Shown: positions 52,132 through 64,000 of the stretch, one piece after another | Position numbering within the stretch: the stretch's first letter is position 1 | Layout of the letters: each line of letters starts with the position of its first letter | Origin: Neophaeotheca triangularis | Taxonomy: Eukaryota | DNA length: 64,000 nucleotides | Assembly: GCA_054600435.1 (NCBI GenBank) | Contig: BAAIJX010000024.1 | Span: 248,001-312,000 of the forward strand | Reading direction: 5' to 3' | Translations under genes and position numbers: made by a program | The notes under the pieces: generated by a model | What the model saw: the letters and a program-made list of their open reading frames with translations, nothing else | Databases searched by the model: none | Told to the model about the DNA's origin: nothing

Positions 52132-52145
52132 TCGGTCGGCTCCGA
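52132..52145. promoter_or_regulatory. UaY-type Zn2Cys6 binding site TCGG-N6-CCGA
   Basis: TCGGtcggctCCGA about 585 bp upstream of the permease ATG, with nearby GATAAG sites. Confidence 0.6.
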
Positions 52146-52729
52146 CACAGATCTTACTGCCAAGACTTGCTATCAATGTCACGTGCAGCGAAAACGATAA
52201 GCCTTCTCGAAAGAGGAACGACAGGCGAGAGGAAGCTTCACACAAAGCTATGACTAGCAAAGCGTGGCTCTTATCTTCGCCGTCGCCCGAAGACAAATAC
52301 TCGATCGACAGGCTATCGGCCGTCTCCATTCTTGTATGAGCTCACTCGGCCGGAGGCTATCCTCAGTAGGTTCGGAGATATATTCACCTACATCTCCTCT
52401 CTGTTCGTTTCCAATCAGTCATCTCCAAACCAACCCATCGCCACTACGACCCATCTAGGACTGATCGATAAGAGGAGTGAACCATCCGAGAAAGACAGTG
52501 AAACCTCACGTTTGAGAGACCGCACAGAACAGACATTACCGAAAGAACCCGAACTGCGTAGCAATCTTTTCTTCCTCGCCCCGTCGAGTCTTGAGCCTCT
52601 CCTGGGACAGCTAATGCGCTTCTTCCATAACATACCGCACGACTGGAGGTGCGATCAGCGCAGCTCTTGAAAACGATATACAGTATATTCGAGAAAAACC
52701 ACAAAGGCCCCCAAAAGGAACTTTCAAAC

Positions 52730-54750
52730 ATGTCTGCCTCTTCCAACGAAGTCAAGGACGATCATCCTGATCGCATCGGACCGGATGTCTCACGAAAGCA
52801 AGCATGGAGCGACAAGGGAAGGCGTGTCGTTCAAGCATTCACCACCAAGTACGCTGTAACTTGACCCACAGGCTATGATGATTGCATGCTAACAAGCTCA
52901 TAGAAAGGGCCTGATCGGCGACTACGACTATGCCTTTTTATTCAAGCCAAATCTGCCTTTTATGAAGAAAGCTCGACGAGCAGCTCCCTTTTTCGGTCTA
53001 TACCAGCCGATGCCGGTTTTCCTAGCTCTCCTGCTGGGTTTCCAACATGCTCTCGCCATGCTGGCGGGTGTAGTGTGAGTTCTTCACTCGCTTGTCGGCA
53101 ATGAGTAATCTGCTGACAATCTTCAAGCACACCTCCAATCATCCTCTCCTCCGCCGCCAACTTCGATGCTTCCTTACAAACCTACCTCGTTTCCAGCTCG
53201 CTAATCGCCTGTGGTTTCCTATCAATGCTGCAAATCTCCCGATTCCACATCCATAAAACCCCATACTATCTGGGTACAGGGTTGATCAGTGTAGTCGGAA
53301 CTTCCTTGGCTACGATCCCAGTCGCAACGGGTGCGTTGGCGCAAATGTATGACAACGGCATGTGTCCGACCGACGCCGATGGGAACCAGCTGCCTTGTCC
53401 AGACGGCTATGGCGCTATCCTGGGCACGCAGATGTGCTGTGCGCTCTTGGAGATTCTGATGAGCTTTATGCCGCCGAGGATGTTGAAGAAGATCTTCCCG
53501 CCTCTTGTTACGGGACCGGTGGTGTTGCTGATTGGTGCCAAGTTGATTGAGACTGGTTTTCAGAACTGGGCCGGTGGATCTGGTGATTGTGCTTCGATGC
53601 CAGAGACTGGTTTTTTCTCTCTGTGTCCTAACGTTGATGCTCCTCGTGCTTTACCGTGGGGGTCGGCCGAGTTCATTGGGTTGGGCTTTTTGGTGAGCAT
53701 CTTGTCCGTTCCGGTCCTCGACATGATTTGCCTTGGCTAACTATCCTGCCTCCGTCTAGGTTTTCGTCACCATCATCCTTTGCGAACGCTTCGGCTCTCC
53801 AATAATGAAGTCCACCGCCGTCGTCATTGGCCTCCTCGTCGGTTGCATCGTAGCAGGAGCCTGCGGGTACTTCGATCGTAGCGACATCGACGCCGCTCCT
53901 GCTGTCAGCTTCATCTGGGTCAGGACGTTCAAGTTGAGCGTCTATGGTCCTATAGTTTTACCCATGCTGGCCGTCTACATTGTCCTCGCCATGGAGGCAA
54001 TCGGAGACATCACAGCGACTTGCGACGTCTCGCGCCTGCAAGTCGACGGCCCCGTATTCGACAGCCGCATTCAAGGCGGTGTGCTCGCAGACGGCTTCAA
54101 TGGCATCTTAGCCGGACTGGTGCGTAACCCAAGACAGACACCAAAACTCTACCGCCCAGACTAACCCAAATCCCCCCCCCCAGGCAACCATCACGCCCAT
54201 GTCCGTTTTCGCACAAAACAACGGCGTCATAGCCCTAACGCGCTGCGCCAACCGCAAAGCCGGCTTCGCAGCAACCTTCTGGCTGATCCTGATGGGCATC
54301 TTCGCCAAATTCGCCGCAGCCCTCGTGGCCATCCCCAAACCCGTGCTGGGCGGCATGACAACCTTCCTCTTTGCCGCCGTCGTCGCCTCCGGCATCCGCA
54401 TCATCTCCACCGTCCCCTTCACCCGCCGCAACCGCTTCATACTCACGGCGTCTTTGACACTGGGACTCGGCGCTACTTTGGTGCCGAATTGGTTCGATTT
54501 CGTCTTTACCTATAACGGCGACAATGGCGCTTTGCGCGGCTTTTTCGACGCCATCGAGTTGGTCATGGAGACTGGGTTCGCGATTGTCGCGTTTTTGGCT
54601 TTGATTCTGAATCTGATCTTACCCGAGGAAGACGAGGACGAGGAGGTGCCGGAGCTTACTGCGGATGATACCGACGAGAGACGTGATCGGGACGAGTGGG
54701 AAAATGTTCAGCCGCAGATGGTTGGCGAGAAGGGGGAGGCTAAGGTGTGA
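52730..54750 (+). CDS. uapC: Uric acid-xanthine/purine permease (NAT/NCS2, UapA/UapC family), four introns
   Basis: LLGFQHALAM in TM1 and the NAT signature FAQNNGVIALTRCANRKAG. Introns at about 52849-52903, 53075-53127, 53693-53759 and 54120-54183. uapA versus uapC orthology is not resolved. Confidence 0.93.
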
Positions 54751-55540
54751 GCTTTATTGCTTTAGGGAAAAATTGGGCGTGTGGACGAATAATGTGCCAG
54801 CTGCTGCTTACGAGCTATGAACGACACCGAAAGAAAGTGTTTATGATTCTTTGAGTCATGTAGTAAAGCAAGCCACGACAACCTTGTGTCTCGAATGCAA
54901 TCTTGCGCCTCTTAGCAGCCCCGTGATAGTGCGTATAAGCGCAGACCCTGGAAAGACGGGAGGAGCCCGACAAACCCGTCCCCCAAAAACCACGATCCAC
55001 GACACCAAGGTCCAATCTTGCCCCTTTACCCCTTTGTTCGTGGGCGCAAAGTGCGAAGACTAAGTTTAAAACAACCTAGAAAGTAAGCGTGCAACGAAGG
55101 TAGCTAAAGCACCAAAATAGAGATCGAAGCGCTAACGCTCACTACCTCTAGCTACCTAGGTAACCCCGTGAGTTTCTGTCTGCTGCGGCCGAGCCCTTCT
55201 ACATCCACGTGATTCGTCCATTCAGCACAGTAGACGGAGCCAACGAAGTGTTTACCCAGCCGAAACTCCCGGCAGCCGTAAACTGCAGCTATAGTAGCAG
55301 TGGGGTAGCGACGCGAAACCCGGTTTCTTTCGCCTTGTTATCGTCTATCTTAGTTCGAGAGCATGAACTGAACACCTATTCAAGAAAAAAAAAAAAATAA
55401 CAACTACAAACACTGGGAGGGTATCATTAAACTATCACTTCTTCCCCAGAGAAAACACAAATCTACTAACCTTCTCCTCTCCCACATCTCCTACTCCCTG
55501 AAGCTGACCCCCGACCCACAACCTCCCCTCCTCTCCCCCT

Positions 55541-58140
55541 CTACCGATCCAAACACTGACAATCCCCCACCCCCCCTCCTCTCCGCCACCCACTCAACAA
55601 AGACGGACAAACCGCAGCGACATGCAAACCGGGACACTGCATCAGCACCCCCCAAAGCCTCTCAACAGTATACCCAAAAACAGGGCGATCCAAAGCATCA
55701 TCGACGGTTGCACCGGCGTCGACGCGCAAAAGCCCGCCCCCGAACCGCCTCGCCCCCCCACCGATGGCATCAGGATCGAGCAACTCGCGGCGCAAAGCCT
55801 CAAAAACCGCCCTCCCCACCCCGCGGATCCGTGGCGCCGAAGCGATGAACTGCCCTTTGTACGCCAGCGCGACTCGTTGGCCTGCTTGGCACTCGCGCGC
55901 GAAGACCCGGCGGTAGATGGCGGGGAAACTGGAGCGGTCGTCTTGCCAGTCCCAGCGGTCGGAGCAGTCGTCGCACTCGCACGTCGTGTCGCTGCGGGCT
56001 AGGCTCAGGAAGCCTGTGCGCTCGGGGTCGAAGTAGTTGGCGGCTCGCTTTTGCATTGCGATGGCGTTGTGCGCGCCGGCTTGGAGGAAGAGGGTGTGGG
56101 CTGCTAGCTGGTCCCAGCGGGTTGTGATGTGGTGGAGGTAGGTTTCGCCTTCGCGGCCGAGGTTGGGGAGAGGGTGGACGAGGGTGGCGTTGGTGAGGGT
56201 TTGGATGGCGGTTGGGTTGGCTGAGGGGTCTTTGAGGTAGATGATGATGTTGGGGTTGGTGGATGCGATGGAGGGGATCTGGAGGAGCGTGGCGAGCATG
56301 CTTTGCACCGAGGCGGGGGACTCGCGGTACATGCTTATGACAATGTCGAGGTCGTTGGTTGGTGAGTAAGTGTGGTCTAGGGTGGGGGATAATGGGGGTT
56401 GGCGCGAGAGTAGGGATGGTTCGGCTGAGCAGGTTAGGATCCATAGCCAGGCTGCTGCGCTTACAGCTACCATGGCGGCTTTGAGATTCAGATAGTGTAC
56501 CTCTGGCCTAATGTCTGTGGATTGGTTTGTGGGCTTTTCTAGACCATCGAGGCTGGTTGTTGATGGCAGAGCTAGGCGAGCCAGTCGACGAGGTTCGCAT
56601 TCAGGACTCGAACCCAGATCCAAGGCATTGTCGACGATGGTATGGAGGAAGAAAGCTAGAAGCTGAGTAACGCTCAAATAAGGCGGCAGTTCTGTCTGTA
56701 GTGCCATGACGGTGGACAGTCCGATGCAGCAAAGCACCTTGGCATTGCCATTGTCGAACAAATCAAGTGCTGAGCACGCGCGCTGATCTCTACGAGACGT
56801 TGTGCCATGCTGGCCATCTATGATTGCCATTTGGCCCGTCGTAACAATCGAGATCGCGGTTGATAGCAAGTTGACAGCAATCAGTCAATCGATACCGGGA
56901 CGAAGCGATTCGTCGTTTCGACACGGTAAGTGAGCAGTGCAGTTACCGTGGCGGCAAAAGCAAGAGAGGTCGGGAAAAGCGCTTTCCCTACACAAGCATG
57001 CTCGTGTCCGGGCGGACCGCTCAAAGTCCTCGACAAAGCCTTGGCAATGCCAGCAAAGCACGCCGCTGGAATTGCGAAGAGTAGACCGTTGACGGAAAGG
57101 CGATAGTCCTCATAGACGACGACCAGCAAAGCTAGAAGGCCAATGGCGATCTTCATCTTCACTTTCCCACATACACGCTCTGATTTCTGGACCCACCAAT
57201 CAGCTCCGCTGATCACAGACATTCCAATACTCTGTAGGCTCGTCAGCAGGTGCATTGGTGAATTTGAGGGAACTCTTCGACTCACCACTATCATCAACAA
57301 TGTTGGTAGATTGCTTAAGTGGAGGAGGGTTTGATAGAAAAATATCAAGGCCAGGGACATACTAGCTGTAAAAGCAAAGCATACTGTATAATGCAAAGTC
57401 GAGCTGCGAGCGGGCGACGAAGGTACCTGGCATGGACCTGGGCTTGGTAAAGAGATTTTGTCTGATGTCTTCCTTGATCTTTTGGTCCAGAGTTTGGTGG
57501 TATGACGGAGTGCAATGAGCAGTAGGGAGACGAGAAGATGAAGCAGCAACAATCGCCACGCTGGGTAAAGCATGAGTGTACGGTTTTCACGATCAAGAAG
57601 GTTGGTAGCTTACGGAAGTCTGCGAGACAGTCAGTATGGACGGCCTGTGTCGAAACAAGTGTTACTCACGAAAAGCCGTCGACGACAAAATGTATTTGGT
57701 AGTAGTCAAGGTACAGCAGGTACTCAGTATCCAAATACTGCGGGAGCTGAAATCAGTATCCTCGTCCTCCTCTTTCAGCATACGGTACGACAAACGTACA
57801 TGGCGGTCCAGTGTCCCTGCCTTGGACGTTTTGCGCAGGCATCCCAGTCATGGTCGTGATTAAGATGCAATCGGCGGAGGCATTGAGGATAGATGTCGTC
57901 TTGCTCTTGCTCTCCATCACATTGTAGGCTCTGGAAACGGCATAGCTCGCAAAGGTTTGATGAACTGCTTCTGGCGGCCGATTCAGCGTCGCCTTGTAGC
58001 CTCTCGATGGCAAAGGCTTTCTCGGCCATGCCCCGTTCGCAATAGCAACGCTGTATAGACTCTCCAGCCTCGCAATCTTGGTCTCGGGGGAAGCGCTGCT
58101 CAATAGTCTCCGAGCCCAAGATAGGGAAACAGCCAGCCAT
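55541..58140 (-). CDS. Membrane protein with a multi-TM N-terminal region and a C-terminal DUF3431-like domain; exon structure uncertain
   Basis: LDIVISMYRE...LPNLGREGETYLHHITTRWDQLAAHTLFLQA...FGYTVERLW in ORF 55541-56869. Hydrophobic upstream ORFs are linked by GT-AG introns. Confidence 0.7.
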
Positions 58141-59658
58141 GGCGAAGATGGAAAGGCAAGAAGAACAACAACAACAAGCCGAAGTAGGCAGAAGATTGAA
58201 AGCTCGCGAGACGGTCCTACCGTCCTAGACTCGTCCCGTGGGGGATCTTCTTAACTGCACGGCAAGCCATGGGCATGATTTTTATTGCTGCCTAGACGTG
58301 CCCGCAAGTCACGTCGACCCAACCACTGTCGACGACAGGGCGGCGGCGCAGCTCAAGCAGACCTAAGGATGGATATTTAGTTAGTTAGGGAAAGACCCTC
58401 GGTACTGGTAGTAAGTTGATGGCTATACCTGTAGTATAACGAAAATTAACAACGGTCGGGTTGCCATTGAGTCAACATGCCTGCATTCCTGAAGGGAGTA
58501 TTGTGATCAAACGGGAAGCAGTCCGAGCGTGTTGCTTATTTATATACAATTCCAGACCGTTCCAAGTACTGTAACGTTAAGCGCGAACGCGATTGATCAA
58601 GTTGATGGGTAGAACGTAGTTTCTGCAGCATCCCGATCTCCTTTAGGCCAAGAGTGCATTCAGCCTGCAAAGACGATATAGATTGATAATAGTACAGTAA
58701 GTACTGTACGTGGGCAGTAAGTACCTGTATCAAAGTCTCTCGGTAGGCTTAGTAGGGCTTAGCCATGGCTTAGGGTTAGGTGAGTGCATCACACCACCAA
58801 GACACGATTCCCCATCAACAGGCGGGGGTCAAGTTGAAGGACGGTCACGTCATATATTACTTGGTGAGGCTGAAATTGTCTTGTCCTCTTTATGTTCCGT
58901 TCAAGGGCCCATGTGCTTGATCAGTGTGGATACGTGGCGGGTGAAAAAAAAAAGAAAAGAAAAAAGGATGCCCAAAGCATGCCACATTCTAGCACAGACG
59001 CGTTACACGAGCCGAATCATGTCTAGCGAGGTTAGCAGGGAGAATAATAATAACATTAGCAAGGATTCTTGCTGCACGTACGTACACGCGGCGGCCGGGG
59101 CCAGGGGTGTGTGTGTAAACAGCATTTGAGACGACGTCCGCCGTAAATTAACCGTATCTATCGGTCACAACATCGAAGTATCGGGTCAGCCCTGATCAAG
59201 ACGTGAGGTGAGGTCAAGAAGAGACGGAAATTTTCTCAGATGGAGTAGTTACCTCGACTACCTAACTTTTATAAGGTATACCCGACTGTAGGTTTTTGAG
59301 AAGGGGACAGAGGAAGCCCAGCGGCCGGAGAGTCTGATGAATGACTAAGGTGCCGAGGGGTCAAGGTTCTGAAACATCACCTGAGCAACGCATCACGCGT
59401 GTCTTCTTTGGAGAAAGGACTTGGAACTGCTATACAGCTGGAGTTCTAAGATTGGGTAGTCGCTACAAGGAAAGACACGGAATTACCTGTGATAAACGTC
59501 TAGACTATAGTGGTATTAACTCTTACCACACTCATCATAAGTCCCGTCCATCAAACCATCTTAAAACCCCCCATGACACCATCTGGTCTTTAATATTCCT
59601 CCGGCTATCAACCATTACAACCCTACCAAGTTCCGACACTCCCAAAACCCCAACCACC

Positions 59659-61383
59659 TCACTTATGCCCATTCTGCTTCCCCTGCCTAACAAGCCAAGT
59701 AAGCAAATCGACCTTGGTAACAACCGCCTTGGCCTTGAGCACCCCCCTCCCCTCCTCCTCCTCCTTTCCAACCTTCCCACCATCCCTCTCCGTAACAACA
59801 GCCGCACTATTCCAAACAAAAAATCTCTCTAGAACCGCCAGTGGCGTCCCCATTGTAATCTCAACATAACTCCTGCCCGCCTCCTCGCCCTGCACACTCT
59901 CCAAACTGCGGGAATCGAGCGGCTTGACATCGTCGAGTTTGCTGAAAGCGAACATGACGTTTTTGACGTGGTCGGCCACGCTGCAGCGGCCGCTGGAGAG
60001 GTACGAGAGGCAGTTGCCGAGGGTTAGGAGGCCGATGAGTTTGCCCGATGCAGGCGACGTGATGGGGATTTGGTCAAAGTTTTTCTCGCGCATCAGTTCG
60101 ATGGCTTCGTCGATGGTCGAGTTGGATGCAAGAGTTTGGATGGGTTTGAGGCGGAGGTCGCCGACCTTGGCTGTGCCGTACTCGTCGCGCGAGTTTTTGC
60201 GGGGGCGCGCTGGGAGGCTTGTTTTCGGCGTTGTTGGAGAGGCGGTGGTTTGCTCGAGTTTGGAAGGCGTTTCGGTGAGTTTCTTTTCCTGGCCTGCCGC
60301 GTCGTTGTCGACCATTTTTGGAGACGAGGGCGCGGTGATGGGTGGGGAGGGAGGAAGGAGGTCGTTGGCGGCTAGCCAGTCGTCGTCGACGAATTTGGAG
60401 AGGTAGGAGCGGATGCTGTCCGGGAGAATGACGACAATGGAGTCTTCCGGACCCAATTGCATTTCTTGCACTGCTTTCATGCAAGCTGTCATTGCTGAGC
60501 CGGCACTCCCACCGACGAGGAGGCCTTCCTCTGCTATGAGGCGTCGGGCCCAGTAGAAGCTGTCGCGGTCGTCGGTCTTGTACCAGACGTCGACTTCGTC
60601 CTGCTTCAGTACATCTGGGATGAAGTCGTAGCCGATCCCTTCGACTTTGTAGGGTTTGTCTTTGAACTCGTCGTTGAGGCTGGCAGGGAGGGCTAGAATG
60701 GAGCCCTGGGGATCCGCCGCGACAATTTTGACTTGCTTGTCTGCTTTTCTGATGCCTCTGGAGAGTCCAGTAATGGTCCCTCCGGTGCCTGCTCCCGCTA
60801 TCACCGCCCTAAGCCTGCCTTCAACTTTCAAAGTCTGCTCAACAATCTCCTTTGCCGTGCCCATCTCATGCGCTAGAGGATTATTGGGATTGCTGTATTG
60901 ATCCAGAATGACACCTCCGGGAATCTCCTTTTCCAATCTCCTCGCCACTCCAATATGACTCTCAGGACTGTCCCAAGCAGCGCTGGTCGGCGTACGGATA
61001 ATCTCCGCACCCAGCGCTTTCAGCACGCTCACCTTCTCGCTACTCATCTTCTCCGGCAGGGTGATGATGGTCCTGTACCCCTTGACAGCCCCTACCAACG
61101 CGAGTCCGATGCCCGTATTGCCGCTAGTGGGCTCAATCAGTACCGAGTGGCCGGGCGTGATGCGACCTTCTTTTTCCGCGGCCTCGACCATGCGTAGCGC
61201 GATTCGGTCCTTGACGCTGCCGCCGGCGTTGAAGTATTCGCATTTGGCGTAGACGTGGCAGGAGATTCCCATGGACTGAGGGATGCGGTTTAGCTTGACC
61301 AGAGGCGTGTTGCCGATGTTTTCTAGGATCGAATCCATGATTGCAGGCGGCTGCCGAGGGGGTTTGGAGGAGAGGTGGGACAT
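59659..61383 (-). CDS. CYS4: Cystathionine beta-synthase
   Basis: AKCEYFNAGGSVKDRIA (PLP lysine), EPTSGNTGIG, GAGTGGT, VEGIGYDF and C-terminal CBS domains. Confidence 0.97.
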   Translation of the reverse strand: MSHLSSKPPRQPPAIMDSILENIGNTPLVKLNRIPQSMGISCHVYAKCEYFNAGGSVKDRIALRMVEAAEKEGRITPGHSVLIEPTSGNTGIGLALVGAVKGYRTIITLPEKMSSEKVSVLKALGAEIIRTPTSAAWDSPESHIGVARRLEKEIPGGVILDQYSNPNNPLAHEMGTAKEIVEQTLKVEGRLRAVIAGAGTGGTITGLSRGIRKADKQVKIVAADPQGSILALPASLNDEFKDKPYKVEGIGYDFIPDVLKQDEVDVWYKTDDRDSFYWARRLIAEEGLLVGGSAGSAMTACMKAVQEMQLGPEDSIVVILPDSIRSYLSKFVDDDWLAANDLLPPSPPITAPSSPKMVDNDAAGQEKKLTETPSKLEQTTASPTTPKTSLPARPRKNSRDEYGTAKVGDLRLKPIQTLASNSTIDEAIELMREKNFDQIPITSPASGKLIGLLTLGNCLSYLSSGRCSVADHVKNVMFAFSKLDDVKPLDSRSLESVQGEEAGRSYVEITMGTPLAVLERFFVWNSAAVVTERDGGKVGKEEEEGRGVLKAKAVVTKVDLLTWLVRQGKQNGHK

Positions 61384-62143
61384 CGTTGGATTTGAGAGAG
61401 AGGGAGGGAGAGTGAGTTGATGGAGGGTGTAGATGTGAGGGAGAGAGAGTTGTAATTTCTCAAGAAACCTACGTAATTTATTGTTCTACAGGAAGAGAGA
61501 GTGAGTAGAAGGAAGAGTCTGCGGATAGTGTTTTGGAGGAAGACAGAGACACTGGAAGAGGCGAGAGAGGGAGACGATCGCCCTTGCCTCTTATCGCTTC
61601 TTGAACCGTAAACAGCCGGCCTTCTTATCTTCTAATCTTATCTGCCATATCTTATCTTATCTGCCAATCTGCTTATCTATCATCCGAGGTGTCTCGAGCC
61701 TGGTCCGGTCCGACGACTGCCAGTTGACGATTCGTCTCGTCTCGTCTCGTCTCGTCTTGCCAACCCAACCTACCGTACCTTGGTTATTCCTGTACCCAAC
61801 CAACCCCCTCGCTTCCTCTTCTCTATTGACGCATGCTAGCAGACTACAAAAACCTCTATCCGCTACACCGCCGGAACAGGTGGAAGTTGCTCGTCGACCG
61901 CATTTCTCCGCCGCCCGGATATAACGGTATGGCCCTTGACGTAAGTACGGGGGAGAGCTCCATGAAAACGTCATGTAGAAGTGTTAAGGTTAGGTCGATT
62001 GGTTGATTGGTTGATTGAGAGCTCTCCAATGGTAAAATATATATCGTTCCCTTTCCTATGCTCTATCACAATGATTGTTTCCAACATCTAAACATATTCC
62101 TATCCGTCTCTTAGTCCCATTGATTCCCCTTCTGCCCCCAAAC

Positions 62144-63091
62144 ATGACAGACACCTCCAACCCGCCACGCCTCGCCTGGATAGGCCTAGGCAACATGGGT
62201 CGCGGTATGGTCAAGAATCTCGCAACCAAAGGCAACTTCACCGCACCCCTGACAATCCACAACCGCACCACCTCGCGGGCCGAGGACCTCGCCTCCAGCC
62301 TCCCATCTGGCCGCGCAGCAGTAGCCCAAAATATCCACGAAGCCGTACACAGCGCCGACATCATCTTCACATGCGTGGGCGACGATGCCGCAATCAAAGA
62401 AACCCTCACTACCGCTCTCTCTACCCCTTCCGACGGAGCAAAGGGAAAACTTTTTGTTGACTGCAGCACCGTGCATCCGGAGACGACCGAAGCACTCTCC
62501 ACTCAAGCCACAACCGCAGGCGCGCACTTCGTAGCCTGCCCAGTCTTCGGCGCGCCCGCCATGGCCGACGGGGGCCAACTCATTTGCGTGCTCGCGGGCC
62601 CAGCAGCCCAAACAAGCCGAGTTAAACCCTTTTGCACCGGCGTCATGGGCCGGGCAGTCATAGATTTCAGCGACCAAAACCCGGGCACCGCTTCCAAACT
62701 AAAAATCATCGGCAACACTTTTATTTTAAACATGATCGAAACGCTGTCAGAAGGCCACGTGCTAGCGGAGAAATCCGGTCTCGGAGTCGACAACCTCCAC
62801 CAATTTATCGAACAGCTCTTTCCCGGCCCATATGTCGCTTATAGCAATCGTTTGCGTTCTGGCGATTATTATCAGCGCGAGGAGCCGCTTTTTGCCGTTG
62901 ATTTGGCTAGGAAGGATGCGAGGCATGCTATGGGGTTGGCGCAGGATGCTGGGGTGAGGATGCGGGATGTCGAAGTTGCGGATCAACATTTGGCCATGGT
63001 TAGGGAGGAGATGGGTCAGAGGGGGGACATTGCGGGGATTTATGGGGCGGTGAGGAAGGAGAGTGGGTTGGAGTTTGGCAATCAGGGGTAA
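62144..63091 (+). CDS. NAD-dependent beta-hydroxyacid dehydrogenase (3-hydroxyisobutyrate / 6PGD NAD-binding family)
   Basis: WIGLGNMGRGM Rossmann motif, VDCSTVHP, ACPVFG, KLKIIGN, LARKD. First in-frame ATG at 62144. Confidence 0.93.
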   Translation: MTDTSNPPRLAWIGLGNMGRGMVKNLATKGNFTAPLTIHNRTTSRAEDLASSLPSGRAAVAQNIHEAVHSADIIFTCVGDDAAIKETLTTALSTPSDGAKGKLFVDCSTVHPETTEALSTQATTAGAHFVACPVFGAPAMADGGQLICVLAGPAAQTSRVKPFCTGVMGRAVIDFSDQNPGTASKLKIIGNTFILNMIETLSEGHVLAEKSGLGVDNLHQFIEQLFPGPYVAYSNRLRSGDYYQREEPLFAVDLARKDARHAMGLAQDAGVRMRDVEVADQHLAMVREEMGQRGDIAGIYGAVRKESGLEFGNQG

Positions 63092-64000
63092 GGCAGGGTG
63101 CGTTTTGACGACAATGGCGTCACGTAGTCATGAGAGAACGTGCTTGGAATCGTGGTTGGAATAAAAGACCACCTCGTTCTAGGGCTCGGGTTAGAGAAGA
63201 CCATCCCTCTTGCTCAGATTGAAACAAATCCAGCTCCCGAGAATCCCCCTATGTAAATCAAGCACAACCACCAAGCGACCTCCACTAATCTAGCTTCCAA
63301 AGTCCTCGGCAACCAGTTGTACTCGCCGTGCCACCCATATAAACCACATCTCCCAAAAAGCCCAAAACCTGCTTACAGACTCCAACCAAGACCCGCACAA
63401 ACCCTTGCACATGTTAAAGCAAAGGCGACACACTCACGAGGCATCGGCCGACAGCATCCCTCCCACAGCTAAGCCAGCCACCATGCCAACCAATCCCCCT
63501 TCCGGCATCTCCATCCCACCAGACCACCAGCCAACCTTTCACGCACCCAAAAAATCGCCTCTCACGTTCGTTTACTTTCTCCCCCGCTCTCTCTCTAGGG
63601 TCGATCACCACATGAAAACCAGCCCTGTACTAACAACAACAGCCTCCAAGCATACACCCATCTTGGAGCTAGACATATACCCGGCCAAAGACTCTTCCCC
63701 TGCGAGCAAGGTGGCCCCGCTGCTCTCTCTCGGCTACTAAAGCAACGCAACCTATTCCGTGACCACGCCTAGATAAGTAACAAAGAGCGGCAGATGGCAA
63801 CTCGAGGGAAAACAGGCTTTGGACGAAGGGGAGTTTGGGAATTCCGCTCTAGCGAAGGCGCAGGAGGGAGCGCGGAGCGCCAAGGGTGAAAGGGAGCCTA
63901 TACCACTTCGGAAGCGGGAGGACGAAACAGAAAGACAGGCCGGGACGGCACTGTGGCTCGTCTCTTCTCTTTTCTTTTCTTCTTTTCCCCATCCTCCACC

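Noticed and set aside
58746..58781. Telomere-like TTAGGGTTAGG
   Set aside because: Fewer than two full units and internal to intergenic DNA.
59341..63000. Overlapping and antisense ORFs on CBS and the dehydrogenase, and similar ones on the permease and DUF3431-like gene
   Set aside because: Shadow ORFs of GC-rich coding sequence with no recognisable motifs.

Overview
Filamentous ascomycete genomic DNA in two sharply separated compartments. Bases 1-47368 are heavily RIP-mutated (CpA/TpG depleted, TpA-rich). They hold two head-to-tail copies of a large (>22 kb without later insertions) tyrosine-recombinase element. Copy 1 ends at 10893. Copy 2 runs from 10894 to 47368 and ends inside the 3' end of an intact tRNA-Arg(CCT) gene (47365-47443, minus strand). 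The copy 1/copy 2 junction is an attP-like palindrome around a core ACGAC(A) that is shared with the tRNA 3' end. The element encodes a degenerate DUF3435/Starship-captain-like recombinase next to, and pointing toward, the tRNA-proximal end, plus Myb/SANT, FHA and about ten unassignable cargo pseudogenes. Copy 2 was invaded by a Copia element (11968-26251), a chromoviral Gypsy element nested in it (15419-23148) and a solo LTR (36251-36473). Bases 47369-64000 are ordinary non-RIP gene space: a small dsRBD protein, a UapA/UapC-type purine permease, a DUF3431-like membrane protein, cystathionine beta-synthase and a beta-hydroxyacid dehydrogenase. All pseudogene calls come from manual de-RIP translation, not database searches.
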